Source: Laetmonice hystrix
Lineage: Eukaryota
DNA: 64,000 bases
Direction: 5' to 3'
Assembly (NCBI GenBank): GCA_965235115.1
Contig: OZ249436.1
Coordinates: 32,056,001-32,120,000, forward strand
A program made the position numbers and the translations under genes. Below, in pieces: positions 62,776 through 64,000 of this stretch (its first letter is position 1; each line of letters begins with the position of its first letter). The notes beneath the pieces are model-generated. The model was not told where the DNA came from. It searched no databases and saw only the letters and a program-made list of their open reading frames with translations.

Positions 62776-64000
62776 CTGGTTGAAGAGAGGCAGACAATGT
62801 TCACGATGATCATGCGTCTAGCGTAGGCATGCATACCAATGGCAACACAGTAGCATGATGATAGCATGACCAATGTTTAACACATAAAGCTAGCAGCCTT
62901 GTAGGGATGTTGAGGCTCCGTATGCTGTTTTGTCTGTAAATTATTGCAATGCAGTATCTTATAATTGTGTACAATACAACACTTATGATAGATGAGCACT
63001 CATAAAAAATAGAAGAAAAAAAAAACAAATTAAATATTAAAGTATTCAATTTAAAGATGAGAATAATCATTTGAAAATGAATTATGTACAATGTAGTAGC
63101 TTTTTTCAGATAGAGTAAGTAGCTTTTTTAGATAGACTACTACAGTTAAAATTTGAAAGGGATTTCTTTCACAAAATTATCATTAGAAAACCACAGAAAG
63201 AGCAATCCAATCCTAAGCTCTAAAAAAGAACAATGTTGAGGACGTCTAAAGAGATTTTCTCATTCAGCTTATTAATATTTGAAGTAACAACCGATGAAGG
63301 TCAATTACCTTAGCCAACAAAATTTGCTGGACAATGTTTTTTTTAATAGTTAGATCCTGCTCTAGGTTCATGCATCAGATACTGGAATTTGAGCCAAATT
63401 ACCACTTTTTGCAAATTTTAATTATCATTTTAATAACATACTGTACATCCCACTTCTCAACAACGGGGTCCCTAGGAGCCTTCCAGTGTACAAAAAGTAG
63501 ACCCCGAACTTAGAAAGTTTTGTAGACAACGATTCTTAGGATTTGTGTGTGTGTGTGGGGGGGGGGGGCACTGGGGGGGGGGGGTGTGACTAAAGCCCAA
63601 CACACACACTGTGATTGCTAAGGGTGAAGAAAACCTGATGGGGGTGGAGTGGGGGATTTGAAGGGAAATTGTGATTTTTCATGCAAAAATATGGCGATAT
63701 TTGGCTCTTGGCTCCAATCACTGAAAGGAGAAGCATAATATTCTTTCAATAGGCCAGACATTTATCATGCTTCTAAATCTACCACTACCACGGCCACTAT
63801 ATGCAAGCATCAAAGATATATTCTTCCATAATCCATGCAGTGTTAACACACCTTTGCTTCTTTGATTTCGGCCAATTCAGGATTCCCTGCATCCAGCCTA
63901 TCCCACCGAAGTGACTCTCGATAGGATGTCTTTGCCACTGGCCACTGGACTGCAGCTGGGCCTAAGGCCACAGCCCTGACAAGCAAGCTATTTCCAATCC

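Overview
AT-rich, intron-dense eukaryotic (invertebrate-like animal) genomic DNA; no prokaryotic features, rRNA, tRNA or CRISPR seen. I rebuilt three spliced genes by hand from GT-AG sites and reading-frame phase. (1) A + strand, 5-exon, 204-aa degenerate ankyrin-repeat gene (9485-14657). (2) A - strand annexin with 18 coding exons and 604 aa (30288-20925). It has an ANXA7/11-like GYP-rich head, an extra Q/M-rich and charged coiled-coil segment, and an exon-encoded long linker between repeats II and III. (3) A - strand, 33+ exon, about 1170-1250 aa uncharacterised membrane protein gene (at least 62775-40746) with two paralogous alternative last exons. Several MITE families and a probable LTR gag/protease relic are also present. 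The most striking pattern is that six of the eight long-unit minisatellite arrays are tandem amplifications of an exon-intron junction. They place up to about 20 extra copies of real donor or acceptor sites inside the adjacent intron, in all three genes.
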